A stretch of 64,000 bases of DNA from Eledone cirrhosa. Its lineage: Eukaryota. The translations under genes were made by a program, and so were the position numbers. Below, one piece after another: positions 29,011 through 42,500 of this stretch. The first letter of the stretch is position 1, and each line of letters starts with the position of its first letter. The notes beneath the pieces were generated by a model. It did not search any database, was not told where the DNA came from, and saw only the letters and a program-made list of their open reading frames with translations. The stretch is taken from the NCBI GenBank assembly GCA_964016885.1, contig OZ024744.1, positions 1,550,001-1,614,000 on the forward strand, written 5' to 3'.

Positions 29011-31110
29011 TCTACCTTGTCTTCCCCCAAAACTTCGTTCTTCACCAAGCTATCTTTCTCTACCTTGTCTTCCCACAAAACGTCGTTCTTCACCAAGCTA
29101 TCTTTCTCTACCTTGTCTTCCCTCAAAACGTCGTTCTTCACCAAGCTATCTTTCTCTACCTTGTCTTCCCTCAAAACATCGTTCTTCACCAAGCTATCTT
29201 TCTCTACCTTGTCTTCTCCCAAAACTTCGTTATTCACCAAGCTATCTTTCTCTACCTTGTCTTCCCTCAAAACTTCGTTCTTCACCAAGCTATCTTTCTC
29301 TACCTTGTCTTCCCCCAAAACTTCGTTCTTCACCAAGCTATCTTTCTCTACCTTGTCTTCCCCCAAAACTTCGTTCTTCACCAAGCTATCTTTCTCTAGC
29401 TTGTCTTCACACAAAACTTCATTCTTCACCAAGCTATCTTTCTCTAGCTTGTCTTCACACAAAACTTCGTTCTTCACCAAGCTATCTTTCTCTACCTTGT
29501 CTTCCCACAAAACGTCATTCTTCACCAAGCTATCTTTCTCTAACTTGTCTTCCCTCAAAACGTCGTTCTTCACCAAGCTATCTTTCTCTACCTTGTCTTC
29601 CCCCAAAACTTCGTTCTTCACCAAGCTATCTTTCTCTACCTTGTCTTCCCCCAAAACTTCGTCCTTCGCAAGCTATCTTTCTCTACCTTGTCTTCCCCCA
29701 AAACTTCGTTCTTCACCAAGCTATCTTTCTCTACCTTGTCTTCCCACAAAACGTCGTTCTTCACCAAGCTATCTTTCTCTACCTTGTCTTCCCTCAAAAC
29801 GTCGTTCTTCACCAAGCTATCTTTCTCTACCTTGTCTTCCCTCAAAACATCGTTCTTCACCAAGCTATCTTTCTCTACCTTGTCTTCTCCCAAAACTTCG
29901 TTATTCACCAAGCTATCTTTCTCTACCTTGTCTTCCCTCAAAACTTCGTTCTTCACCAATCTATCTTTCTCTGCCTTGTCTTCCCCCAAAACTTCGTTCT
30001 TCACCAAGCTATCTTTCTCTACCTTGTCTTCACACAAAACTTCGTTCTTCACCAAGCTATCTTTCTCTACCTTGTCTTCCCACAAAACGTCATTCTTCAC
30101 CAAGCTATCTTTCTCTACCTTGTCTTCCGTCAAAACTTCGTTCTTCACCAAGATATCTTTCTCTACCTTGTCTTCTCCCAAAACTTCGTTCTTCACCAAG
30201 CTATCTTTCTCTACCTTGTCTTCCCTCAGAACTTCGTTCTTCACCAAGCTATCTTTCTCTACCTTGTCTTCCCCCAAAACTTCGTTCTTCACCAAGCTAT
30301 CTTTCTCTACATTGTCTTCCCCAAAACTTCGTTGTTCACCAAGCTATCTTTCTCTACCTTGTCTTTCATCAAAACGTCGTTCTTCATCAAGCTCTCTTTC
30401 TCTACCTTGTCTTCCCCCAAAACTTCGTTCTTCACCAAGCTATCTTTCTCTACCTTGTCTTCCCCCAAAACTTCGTTCTTCACCAAGCTATCTTTCTCTA
30501 CCTTGTCTTCCCACAAAACGTCGTTCTTCACCAAGCTATCTTTCTCTACCTTGTCTTCCCTCAAAACGTCGTTCTTCACCAAGCTATCTTTCTCTACCTT
30601 GTCTTCCCTCAAAACATCGTTCTTCACCAAGCTATCTTTCTCTACCTTGTCTTCCCTCAAAACTTCGTTCTTCACCAAGCTATCTTTCTCTACCTTGTCT
30701 TCCCCCAAAACTTCGTTCTTCACCAAGCTATCTTTCTCTACATTGTCTTCTCCCAAAACTTCGTTATTCACCAAGCTATCTTTCTCTACCTTGTCTTCCC
30801 TCAAAACTTCGTTCTTCACCAAGCTATCTTTCTCTACCTTGTCTTCCCCCAAAACTTCGTTCTTCACCAAGTCATCTTTCTCTACCTTGTCATCCATCAA
30901 AACTTTGTTCTTCACCAATCTATCTTTCTCTACCTTGTCTTCCCCCAAAACTTCGTTCTTCACCAAGCTATCTTTCTCTAGCTTGTCTTCACACAAAACT
31001 TCGTTCTTCACCAAGCTATCTTTCTCTACCTTGTCTTCCCACAAAACGTCATTCTTCACCAAGCTATCTTTCTCTAACTTGTCTTCCCCCAAAACTTCGT
31101 CCTTCGCAAG

Positions 31111-34100
31111 CTATCTTTCTCTACCTTGTCTTCCCCCAAAACTTCGTTCTTCACCAAGCTATCTTTCTCTACCTTGTCTTCCCACAAAACGTCGTTCTTC
31201 ACCAAGCTATCTTTCTCTACCTTGTCTTCCCTCAAAACGTCGTTCTTCACCGAGCTATCTTTCTCTACCTTGTCTTCCCTCAAAACATCGTTCTTCACCA
31301 AGCTATCTTTCTCTACCTTGTCTTCTCCCAAAACTTCGTTATTCACCAAGCTATCTTTCTCTACCTTGTCTTCCCTCAAAACTTCGTTCTTCACCAAGCT
31401 ATCTTTCTCTACCTTGTCTTCCCCCAAAACTTCGTTCTTCACCAAGCTATCTTTCTCTACCTTGTCTTCCCCCAAAACTTCGTTCTTCACCAAGCTATCT
31501 TTCTCTAGCTTGTCTTCACACAAAACTTCATTCTTCACCAAGCTATCTTTCTCTACCTTGTCTTCCCACAAAACGTCATTCTTCACCAAGCTATCTTTCT
31601 CTACCTTGACTTCCGTCGAAACTTCGTTCTTCACCAAGATATCTTTCTCTACCTTGTTTTCTCCCAAAACTTCGTTCTTCACCAAGCTATCTTTCTCTAC
31701 CTTGTCTTCCCTCGGAACTTCGTTCTTCACCAAGCTATCTTTCTCTACCTTGTCTTCCCTCAAAACGTCGTTCTTCACCAAGCTATCTTTCTCTACCTTG
31801 TCTTCCCCCAAAACTTCGTTCTTCACCAAGCTATCTTTCTCTACCTTGTCTTCCCCCAAAACTTTTTTCTTCACCAAGTCATCTTTCTCTACCTTGTCAT
31901 CCCTCAAAACTTCGTTATTCACCAAGCTATCTTTCTCTACCTTGTCTTCCCTCAAAACTTCGTTCTTCACCAAGCTATCTTTCTCTACCTTGTCTTCCCC
32001 CAAAACTTCGTTCTTCACCAAGCTATCTTTCTCTGCCTTGTCTTCCCCCAAAACTTCGTTCTTCACCAAGCTATCTTTCTCTACCTTGTCTTCACACAAA
32101 ACTTCGTTCTTCACCAAGCTATCTTTCTCTACCTTGTCTTTCATCAAAACGTCGTTCTTCACCAAGCTCTCTTTCTCTACCTTGTCTTCCCCCAAAACTT
32201 CGTTCTTCACCAAGCTATCTTTCTCTACCTTGTCTTCCCCCAAAACTTCGTTCTTCACCAAGCTATCTTTCTCTACCTTGTCTTCCCATAAAACGTCGTT
32301 CTTCACCAAGCTATCTTTCTCTACCTTGTCTTCCCTCAAAACGTCGTTCTTCACCAAGCTATCTTTCTCTACCTTGTCTTCCCTCAAAACATCGTTCTTC
32401 ACCAAGCTATCTTTCTCTACCTTGTCTTCCCTCAAAACTTCGTTCTTCACCAAGCTATCTTTCTCTACCTTGTCTTCCCCCAAAACTTCGTTCTTCACCA
32501 AGCTATCTTTCTCTACCTTGTCTTCTCCCAAAACTTCGTTATTCACCAAGCTATCTTTCTCTACCTTGTCTTCCCTCAAAACTTCGTTCTTCACCAAGCT
32601 ATCTTTCTCTACCTTGTCTTCCCCCAAAACTTCGTTCTTCACCAAGTCATCTTTCTCTACCTTGTCATCCCTCAAAATTTTGTTCTTCACCAATCTATCT
32701 TTATCTACCTTGTCTTCCCCCAAAACTTCGTTCTTCACCAAGCTATCTTTCTCTAGCTTGTCTCCACACAAAACTTCGTTCTTCACCAAGCTATCTTTCT
32801 CTACCTTGTCTTCCGTCAAAACTTCGTTCTTCACCAAGATATCTTTCTCTACCTTGTCTCCTCCCAAAACTTCGTTCTTCACCAAGCTATCTTTCTCTAC
32901 CTTGTCTTCCCATAAAACGTCGTTCTTCACCAAGCTATCTTTCTCTACCTTGTCTTCCCTCAAAACGTCGTTCTTCACCAAGCTATCTTTCTCTACCTTG
33001 TCTTCCCTCAAAACATCGTTCTTCACCAAGCTATCTTTCTCTACCTTGTCTTCCCTCAAAACTTCGTTCTTCACCAAGCTATCTTTCTCTACCTTGTCTT
33101 CCCCCAAAACTTCGTTCTTCACCAAGCTATCTTTCTCTACCTTGTCTTCTCCCAAAACTTCGTTATTCACCAAGCTATCTTTCTCTACCTTGTCTTCCCT
33201 CAAAACTTCGTTCTTCACCAAGCTATCTTTCTCTACCTTGTCTTCCCCCAAAACTTCGTTCTTCACCAAGTCATCTTTCTCTACCTTGTCATCCCTCAAA
33301 ACTTTGTTCTTCACCAATCTATCTTTATCTACCTTGTCTTCCCCCAAAACTTCGTTCTTCACCAAGCTATCTTTATCTAGCTTGTCTCCACACAAAACTT
33401 CGTTCTTCACCAAGCTATCTTTCTCTACCTTGTCTTCCGTCAAAACTTCGTTCTTCACCAAGATATCTTTCTCTACCTTGTCTCCTCCCAAAACTTCGTT
33501 CTTCACCAAGCTATCTTTCTCTACCTTGTCTTCCCTCAGAACTTCGTTCTTCACCAAGCTATCTTTCTCTACCTTGTCTTCCCCCAAAACTTCGTTCTTC
33601 ACCAAGCTATCTTTCTCTACCTTGTCTTCCCCCAAAACTTCGTTCTTCACCAAGCTATCTTTCTCTACCTTGTCTTCCCTGAAAACGTCGTTCTTCACCA
33701 AGCTATCTTTCTCTACCTTGTCTTCCCCCAAAACTTTGTTCTTCACCAAGCTATCTTTCTCTACCTTGTCTTCCCCCAAAACTTCGTTCTTCACCAAGCT
33801 ATCTTTCTCTACCTTGTCTTTCATCAAAACGTCGTTCTTCACCAAGCTCTCTTTCTCTACCTTGTCTACCCCCAAAACTTCGTTCTTCACCAAGCTATCT
33901 TTCTCTACCTTGTCTTCCCCCAAAACTTCGTTCTTCACCAAGCTATCTTTCTCTACCTTGTCTTCCCACAAAACGTCGTTCTTCACCAAGCTATCTTTCT
34001 CTACCTTGTCTTCCCTCAAAACGTCGTTCTTCACCAAGCTATCTTTCTCTACCTTGTCTTCCCTCAAAACATCGTTCTTCACCAAGCTATCTTTCTCTAC

Positions 34101-36545
34101 CTTGTCTTCCCTCAAAACTTCGTTCTTCACCAATCTATCTTTCTCTACCTTGTCTTCCCCCAAAACTTCGTTCTTCACCAAGCTATCTTTCTCTACCTTG
34201 TCTTCTCCCAAAACTTCGTTATTCACCAAGCTATCTTTCTCTACCTTGTCTTCCCTCAAAACTTCGTTCTTCACCAAGCTATCTTTCTCTACCTTGTCTT
34301 CCCCCAAAACTTCGTTCTTCACCAAGTCATCTTTCTCTACCTTGTCATCCCTCAAAACTTTGTTCTTCACCAATCTATATTTCTCTACCTTGTCTTCCCC
34401 CAAAACTTCGTTCTTCACCAAGCTATCTTTCTCTAGCTTGTCTTCACACAAAACTTCGTTCTTCAACAAGCTATCTTTCTCTACCTTGTCTTCCCACAAA
34501 ACGTCATTCTTCACCAAGCTATCTTTCTCTACCTTGTCTTCCGTCAAAACTTCGTTCTTCACCAAGATATCTTTCTCTACCTTGTCTCCTCCCAAAACTT
34601 CGTTCTTCACCAAGCTATCTTTCTCTACCTTGTCTTCCCTCAGAACTTCGTTCTCCACCAAGCTATCTTTCTCTACCTTGTCTTCCCCCAAAACTTCGTT
34701 CTTCACCAAGCTATCTTTCTCTACCTTGTCTTCCCCCAAAACTTCGTTCTTCACCAAGCTATCTTTCTCTACCTTGTCTTCCCTCAAAACGTCGTTCTTC
34801 ACCAAGCTATCTTTCTCTACCTTGTCTTCCCCCAAAACTTCGTTCTTCACCAAGCTATCTTTCTCTACCTTGTCTTCCCCCAAAACTTTGTTCTTCACCA
34901 AGCTATCTTTCTCTACCTCGTCTTCCCTCAAAACTTCGTTCTTCACCAAGCTATCTTTCTCTACCTTGTCTTCCCCCAAAACTTCGTTCTTCACCAAGTC
35001 ATCTTTCTCTACCTTGTCTTCCCTCAAAACTTCGTTCTTCACCAAGCTATCTTTCTCTACCTTGTCTTCCCCTAAAACTTCGTTCTTCACCAAGCTATCT
35101 TTCTCTACCTTGTCTTCCCCCAAAACTTCGTTCTTCACCAAGCTACCTTTCTCTACCTTGTCTTCCCCCAAAACTTCGTTCTTCACCAAGCTATCTTTCT
35201 CTACCTTGTCTTCCCTCAAAACGTCGTTCTTCACCAAGCTATCTTTCTCTACCTTGTCTTCCCCCAAAACTTCGTTCTTCACCAAGCTATCTTTCTCTAC
35301 CTCGTCTTCCCTCAAAACTTCGTTCTTCACCAAGCTATCTTTCTCTACCTTGTCTTCCCACAAAACGTCATTCTTCACCAAGCTATCTTTCTCTACCTTG
35401 TCTTCCCCCAAAACTTCGTTCTTCACCAAGCTATCTTTCTCTACCTCGTCTTCCCTCAAAACTTCGTTCTTCACCAAGCTATCTTTCTCTACCTTGTCTT
35501 CCCACAAAACTTCGTTCTTCACCAAGCTATCTTTCTCTACCTTGTCTTCCCTCAAAACGTCGTTCTTCACCAAGCTATCTTTCTCTACCTTGTCTTCCCC
35601 CAAAACTTCGTTCTTCACCAAGCTATCTTTCTCTACCTCGTCTTCCCTCAAAACTTCGTTCTTCACCAAGCTATCTTTCTCTACCTTGTCTTCCCACAAC
35701 ACGTCATTCTTCACCAAGCTATCTTTCTCTACCTTGTCTTCCGTCGAAACTTCGTTCTTCACCAAGATATCTTTCTCTACCTTGTTTTCTCCCAAAACTT
35801 CGTTCTTCACCAAGCTATCTTTCTCTACCTTGTCTTCCCTCAGAACTTCGTTCTTCAACAAGCTATCTTTCTCTACCTTGTCTTCCCTCAAAACGTCGTT
35901 CTTCACCAAGCTATCTTTCTCTACCTTGCCTTCCCTCAAAACATCGTTCTTCACCAAGCTATCTTTCTCTACCTTGTCTTCTCCCAAAACTTCGTTATTC
36001 ACCAACCTATCTTTCTCTACCTTGTCTTCCCTCAAAACTTCGTTCTTCACCAAGCTATCTTTCTCTACCTTGTCTTCCCCCAAAACTTCGTTCTTCACCA
36101 AGCTATCTTTCTCTACCTTGTCTTTCCCCAAAACTTCTTTCTTCACCAAGTCATCTTTCTCTACCTTGTCATCCCTCAAAACTTCGTTCTTCACCAATCT
36201 ATCTTTTTCTGCCTTGTCTTCCCCCAAAACTTCGTTCTTCACCAAGCTATCTTTCTCTACCTTGTCTTCACACAAAACTTCGTTCTTCACCAAGCTATCT
36301 TTCTCTACCTTGTCTTCCCACAAAACGTCATTCTTCACCAAGCTATCTTTCTCTACCTTGTCTTCCGTCAAAACTTCGTTCTTCACCAAGATATCTTTCT
36401 CTACCTTGTCTTCTCCCAAAACTTCGTTCTTCACCAAGCTATCTTTCTCTACCTTGTCTTCCCTCAGAACTTCGTTCTTCACCAAGCTATCTTTCTCTAC
36501 CTTGTCTTCCCCCAAAACTTCGTTCTTCACCAAGCTATCTTTCTC
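31111..36545. repeat. Central indel-free zone, about 113 monomers all of 48 bp, with only short duplications
   Basis: There is no frame switch in the + ORF from 31126 until about 36555, and the - ORF 31074..36533 is unbroken. Rare SNPs are frequent (TTGACT about 31606, CTCGGAA about 31711, CCTGAAAA about 33678, TCTACCCCC about 33865). A 624-bp (13-mer) local duplication is marked by CATAAAA at 32287/32911. Confidence 0.85.
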
Positions 36546-39500
36546 TACATTGTCTTCCCCAAAACTTCGTTCTTCACCAAGCTATCTTTCTCTACCTTGT
36601 CTTTCATCAAAACGTCGTTCTTCACCAAGCTCTCTTTCTCTACCTTGTCTTCCCCCAAAACTTCGTTCTTCACCAAGCTATCTTTCTCTACCTTGTCTTC
36701 CCACAAAACGTCGTTCTTCACCAAGCTATCTTTCTCTACCTTGTCTTCCCTCAAAACGTCGTTCTTCACCAAGCTATCTTTCTCTACCTTGTCTTCCCTC
36801 AAAACTTCGTTCTTCACCAAGCTATCTTTCTCTACCTTGTCTTCCCTCAAAACGTCGTTCTTCACCAAGCTATCTTTCTCTACCTTGTCTTCCCCCAAAA
36901 CTTCGTTCTTCACCAAGCTATCTTTCTCTACCTCGTCTTCCCTCAAAACTTCGTTCTTCACCAAGCTATCTTTCTCTACCTTGTCTTCCCACAACACGTC
37001 ATTCTTCACCAAGCTATCTTTCTCTACCTTGTCTTCCGTCGAATCTTCGTTCTTCACCAAGATATCTTTCTCTACCTTGTTTTCTCCCAAAACTTCGTTC
37101 TTCACCAAGCTATCTTTCTCTAGCTTGTCTTCACACAAAACTTCGTTCTTCACCAAGCTATCTTTCTCTACCTTGTCTTCCCACAAAACGTCATTCTTCA
37201 CCAAGCTATCTTTCTCTACCTTGTCTTCCGTCAAAACTTCGTTCTTCACCAAGATATCTTTCTCTACCTTGTCTTCTCCCAAAACTTCGTTCTTCACCAA
37301 GCTATCTTTCTCTACCTTGTCTTCCCTCAGAACTTCGTTCTTCACCAAGCTATCTTTCTCTACCTTGTCTTCCCCCAAAACTTCGTTCTTCACCAAGCTA
37401 TCTTTCTCTACATTGTCTTCCCCAAAACTTCGTTCTTCACCAAGCTATCTTTCTCTACCTTGTCTTTCATCAAAACGTCGTTCTTCACCAAGCTCTCTTT
37501 CTCTACCTTGTCTTCCCCCAAAACTTCGTTCTTCACCAAGCTATCTTTCTCTACCTTGTCTTCCCACAAAACGTCGTTCTTCACCAAGCTATCTTTCTCT
37601 ACCTTGTCTTCCCTCAAAACGTCGTTCTTCACCAAGCTATCTTTCTCTACCTTGTCTTCCCTCAAAACTTCGTTCTTCACCAAGCTATCTTTCTCTACCT
37701 TGTCTTCCCCCAAAACTTCGTTCTTCACCAAGCTATCTTTCTCTACCTTGTCTTCTCCCTAAACTTCGTTATTCACCAAGCTATCTTTCTCTACCTTGTC
37801 TTCCGTCGAAACTTCGTTCTTCACCAAGATATCTTTCTCTACCTTGTTTTCTCCCAAAACTTCGTTCTTCACCAAGCTATCTTTCTCTACCTTGTCTTCC
37901 CTCAGAACTTCGTTCTTCAACAAGCTATCTTTCTCTACCTTGTCTTCCCTCAAAACGTCGTTCTTCACCAAGCTATCTTTCTCTACCTTGCCTTCCCTCA
38001 AAACATCGTTCTTGACCAAGCTATATTTCTCTACCTTGTCTTCTCCCAAAACTTCGTTATTCACCAACCTATCTTTCTCTACCTTGTCTTCCCTCAAAAC
38101 TTCGTTCTTCACCAAGCTATCTTTCTCTACCTTGTCTTCCCCCAAAACTTCGTTCTTCACCAAGCTATCTTTCTCTACCTTGTCTTCCCCCAAAACTTCG
38201 TTCTTCACCAAGCTATCTTTCTCTACCTTGTCTTTCCCCAAAACTTCTTTCTTCACCAAGTCATCTTTCTCTACCTTGTCATCCCTCAAAACTTCGTTCT
38301 TCACCAATCTATCTTTTTCTGCCTTGTCTTCCCCCAAAACTTCGTTCTTCACCAAGCTATCTTTCTCTACCTTGTCTTCACACAAAACTTCGTTCTTCAC
38401 CAAGCTATCTTTCTCTACCTTGTCTTCCCACAAAACGTCATTCTTCACCAAGCTATCTTTCTCTACCTTGTCTTCCGTCAAAACTTCGTTCTTCACCAAG
38501 ATATCTTTCTCTACCTTGTCTTCTCCCAAAACTTCGTTCTTCACCAAGCTATCTTTCTCTACCTTGTCTTCCCTCAGAACTTCGTTCTTCACCAAGCTAT
38601 CTTTCTCTACCTTGTCTTCCCCCAAAACTTCGTTCTTCACCAAGCTATCTTTCTCTACATTGTCTTCCCCAAAACTTCGTTCTTCACCAAGCTATCTTTC
38701 TCTACCTTGTCTTTCATCAAAACGTCGTTCTTCACCAAGCTCTCTTTCTCTACCTTGTCTTCCCCCAAAACTTCGTTCTTCACCAAGCTATCTTTCTCTA
38801 CCTTGTCTTCCCACAAAACGTCGTTCTTCACCAAGCTATCTTTCTCTACCTTGTCTTCCCTCAAAACGTCGTTCTTCACCAAGCTATCTTTCTCTACCTT
38901 GTCTTCCCTCAAAACTTCGTTCTTCACCAAGCTATCTTTCTCTACCTTGTCTTCCCCCAAAACTTCGTTCTTCACCAAGCTATCTTTCTCTACCTTGTCT
39001 TCTCCCTAAACTTCGTTATTCACCAAGCTATCTTTCTCTACCTTGTCTTCCCTCAAAACTTCGTTCTTCACCAAGCTATCTTTCTCTACCTTGTCTTCCC
39101 CCAAAACTTCGTTCTTCACCAAGTCATCTTTCTCTACCTTGTCATCCCTCAAAACTTTGTTCTTCACCAGTCTATCTTTCTCTACCTTGTCTTCCCCCAA
39201 AACTTCGTTCTTCACCAAGCTATCTTTCTCTAGCTTGTCTTCACACAAAACTTCGTTCTTCACCAAGCTATCTTTCTCTACCTTGTCTTCCCACAAAACG
39301 TCATTCTTCACCAAGCTATCTTTCTCTACCTTGTATTCCGTCAAAACTTCGTTCTTCACCAAGATATCTTTCTCTACCTTGTCTCCTCCCAAAACTTCGT
39401 TCTTCACCAAGCTATCTTTCTCTACCTTGTCTTCCCTCAGAACTTCGTTCTTCACCAAGCTATCTTTCTCTACCTTGTCTTCCCCCAAAACTTCGTTCTT

Positions 39501-42500
39501 CACCAAGCTATCTTTCTCTACATTGTCTTCCCCAAAACTTCGTTCTTCACCAAGCTATCTTTCACGACCTTGTCTTCCCTCAAAACGTCGTTCTTCACCA
39601 AGCTATCTTTCTCTACCTTGTCTTCCCCCAAACTTCGTTCTTCACCAAGCTATCTTTCTCTACCTTGTCTTCCCCCAAAACTTCGTTCTTCACCAAGCTA
39701 TCTTTCTCTACCTCGTCTTCCCTCAAAACTTTGTTCTTCACCAAGCTATCTTTCTCTACCTTGTCTTCCCCCAAAACTTCGTTCTTCACCAAGCTATCTT
39801 TCTCTACCTTGTCATCCCCCAAAACTTCGTTCTTCACCAAGCTATCTTTCTCTACCTTGTCTTCCCTCAAAACGTCGTTCTTCACCAAGCTATCTTTCTC
39901 TACCTTGTCTTCCCCCAAAACTTCGTTCTTCACCAAGCTATCTTTCTCTACCTCGTCTTCCCTCAAAACTTCGTTCTTCACCAAGCTATCTTTCTCTACC
40001 TTGTCTTCCCACAACACGTCATTCTTCACCAAGCTATCTTTCTCTACCTTGTCTTCCGTCGAAACTTCGTTCTTCACCAAGATATCTTTCTCTACCTTGT
40101 TTTCTCCCAAAACTTCGTTCTTCACCAAGCTATCTTTCTCTAGCTTGTCTTCACACAAAACTTCGTTCTTCACCAAGCTATCTTTCTCTACCTTGTCTTC
40201 CCACAAAACGTCATTCTTCACCAAGCTATCTTTATCTACCTTGTCTTCCGTCGAAACTTCGTTCTTCACCAAGATATCTTTCTCTACCTTGTTTTCTCCC
40301 AAAACTTCGTTCTTCACCAAGCTATCTTTCTCTACCTTGTCTTCCCTCAGAACTTCGTTCTTCAACAAGCTATCTTTCTCTACCTTGTCTTCCCTCAAAA
40401 CGTCGTTCTTCACCAAGCTATCTTTCTCTACCTTGCCTTCCCTCAAAACATCGTTCTTGACCAAGCTATCTTTCTCTACCTTGTCTTCTCCCAAAACTTC
40501 GTTATTCACCAACCTATCTTTCTCTACCTTGTCTTCCCTCAAAACTTCGTTCTTCACCAAGCTATCTTTCTCTACCTTGTCTTCCCCCAAAACTTCGTTC
40601 TTCACCAAGCTATCTTTCTCTACCTTGTCTTCCCCCAAAACTTCGTTCTTCACCAAGCTATCTTTCTCTACCTTGTCTTTCCCCAAAACTTCTTTCTTCA
40701 CCAAGTCATCTTTCTCTACCTTGTCATCCCTCAAAACTTCGTTCTTCACCAATCTATCTTTTTCTGCCTTGTCTTCCCCCAAAACTTCGTTCTTCACCAA
40801 GCTATCTTTCTCTACCTTGTCTTCACACAAAACTTCGTTCTTCACCAAGCTATCTTTCTCTACCTTGTCTTCCCACAAAACGTCATTCTTCACCAAGCTA
40901 TCTTTCTCTACCTTGTCTTCCGTCAAAACTTCGTTCTTCACCAAGATATCTTTCTCTACCTTGTCTTCTCCCAAAACTTCGTTCTTCACCAAGCTATCTT
41001 TCTCTACCTTGTCTTCCCTCAGAACTTCGTTCTTCACCAAGCTATCTTTCTCTACCTTGTCTTCCCCCAAAACTTCGTTCTTCACCAAGCTATCTTTCTC
41101 TACATTGTCTTCCCCAAAACTTCGTTCTTCACCAAGCTATCTTTCTCTACCTTGTCTTTCATCAAAACGTCGTTCTTCACCAAGCTCTCTTTCTCTACCT
41201 TGTCTTCCCCCAAAACTTCGTTCTTCACCAAGCTATCTTTCTCTACCTTGTCTTCCCACAAAACGTCGTTCTTCACCAAGCTATCTTTCTCTACCTTGTC
41301 TTCCCTCAAAACGTCGTTCTTCACCAAGCTATCTTTCTCTACCTTGTCTTCCCTCAAAACTTCGTTCTTCACCAAGCTATCTTTCTCTACCTTGTCTTCC
41401 CCCAAAACTTCGTTCTTCACCAAGCTATCTTTCTCTACCTTGTCTTCTCCCTAAACTTCGTTATTCACCAAGCTATCTTTCTCTACCTTGTCTTCCCTCA
41501 AAACTTCGTTCTTCACCAAGCTATCTTTCTCTACCTTGTCTTCCCCCAAAACTTCGTTCTTCACCAAGTCATCTTTCTCTACCTTGTCATCCCTCAAAAC
41601 TTTGTTCTTCACCAGTCTATCTTTCTCTACCTTGTCTTCCCCCAAAACTTCGTTCTTCACCAAGCTATCTTTCTCTAGCTTGTCTTCACACAAAACTTCG
41701 TTCTTCACCAAGCTATCTTTCTCTACCTTGTCTTCCGTCAAAACTTCGTTCTTCACCAAGATATCTTTCTCTACCTTGTCTCCTCCCAAAACTTCGTTCT
41801 TCACCAAGCTATCTTTCTCTACCTTGTCTTCCCTCAGAACTTCGTTCTTCACCAAGCTATCTTTCTCTACCTTGTCTTCCCCCAAAACTTCGTTCTTCAC
41901 CAAGCTATCTTTCTCTACATTGTCTTCCCCAAAACTTCGTTCTTCACCAAGCTATCTTTCACGACCTTGTCTTCCCTCAAAACGTCGTTCTTCACCAAGC
42001 TATCTTTCTCTACCTTGTCTTCCCCCAAACTTCGTTCTTCACCAAGCTATCTTTCTCTACCTTGTCTTCCCCCAAAACTTCGTTCTTCACCAAGCTATCT
42101 TTCTCTACCTCGTCTTCCCTCAAAACTTTGTTCTTCACCAAGCTATCTTTCTCTACCTTGTCTTCCCCCAAAACTTCGTTCTTCACCAAGCTATCTTTCT
42201 CTACCTTGTCATCCCCCAAAACTTCGTTCTTCACCAAGCTATCTTTCTCTACCTTGTCTTCCCCCAAAACTTCGTTCTTCGCAAGCTATCTTTCTCTACC
42301 TTGTCTTCCCCCAAAACTTCGTTCTTCAGCAAGCTATCTTTCTCTACCTTGTCTTCCCACAAAACGTCGTTCTTCACCAAGCTATCTTTCTCTACCTTGT
42401 CTTCCCTCAAAACGTCGTTCTTCACCAAGCTATCTTTCTCTACCTTGTCTTCCCTCAAAACATCGTTCTTCACCACGCTATCTTTCTCTACCTTGTCTTC

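Larger units (their letters stand above)
1..31110. repeat. Left sub-domain of the array, defined by variant monomers
   Basis: Variants seen only here: 47-bp CCGTCGAAATTCG (about 1270, 2277, 4050, 5057, 6253, 8986, 10182, 18671, 21883, 24712), CTAACTTG (about 3414 to 31075), CATCCATC, TTCTACACC (about 13503, 15518, 17341, 20553), CTGTACC and TTTTTCACGACC. Confidence 0.8.

Noticed and set aside
28965-29680. 671-bp (14-mer) duplication as the half-unit of the 1342-bp HOR
   Set aside because: The two halves of the 28-mer do not match at a 14-monomer lag (the internal similarity is at lag 20/8), so the 2:1 ratio appears coincidental.
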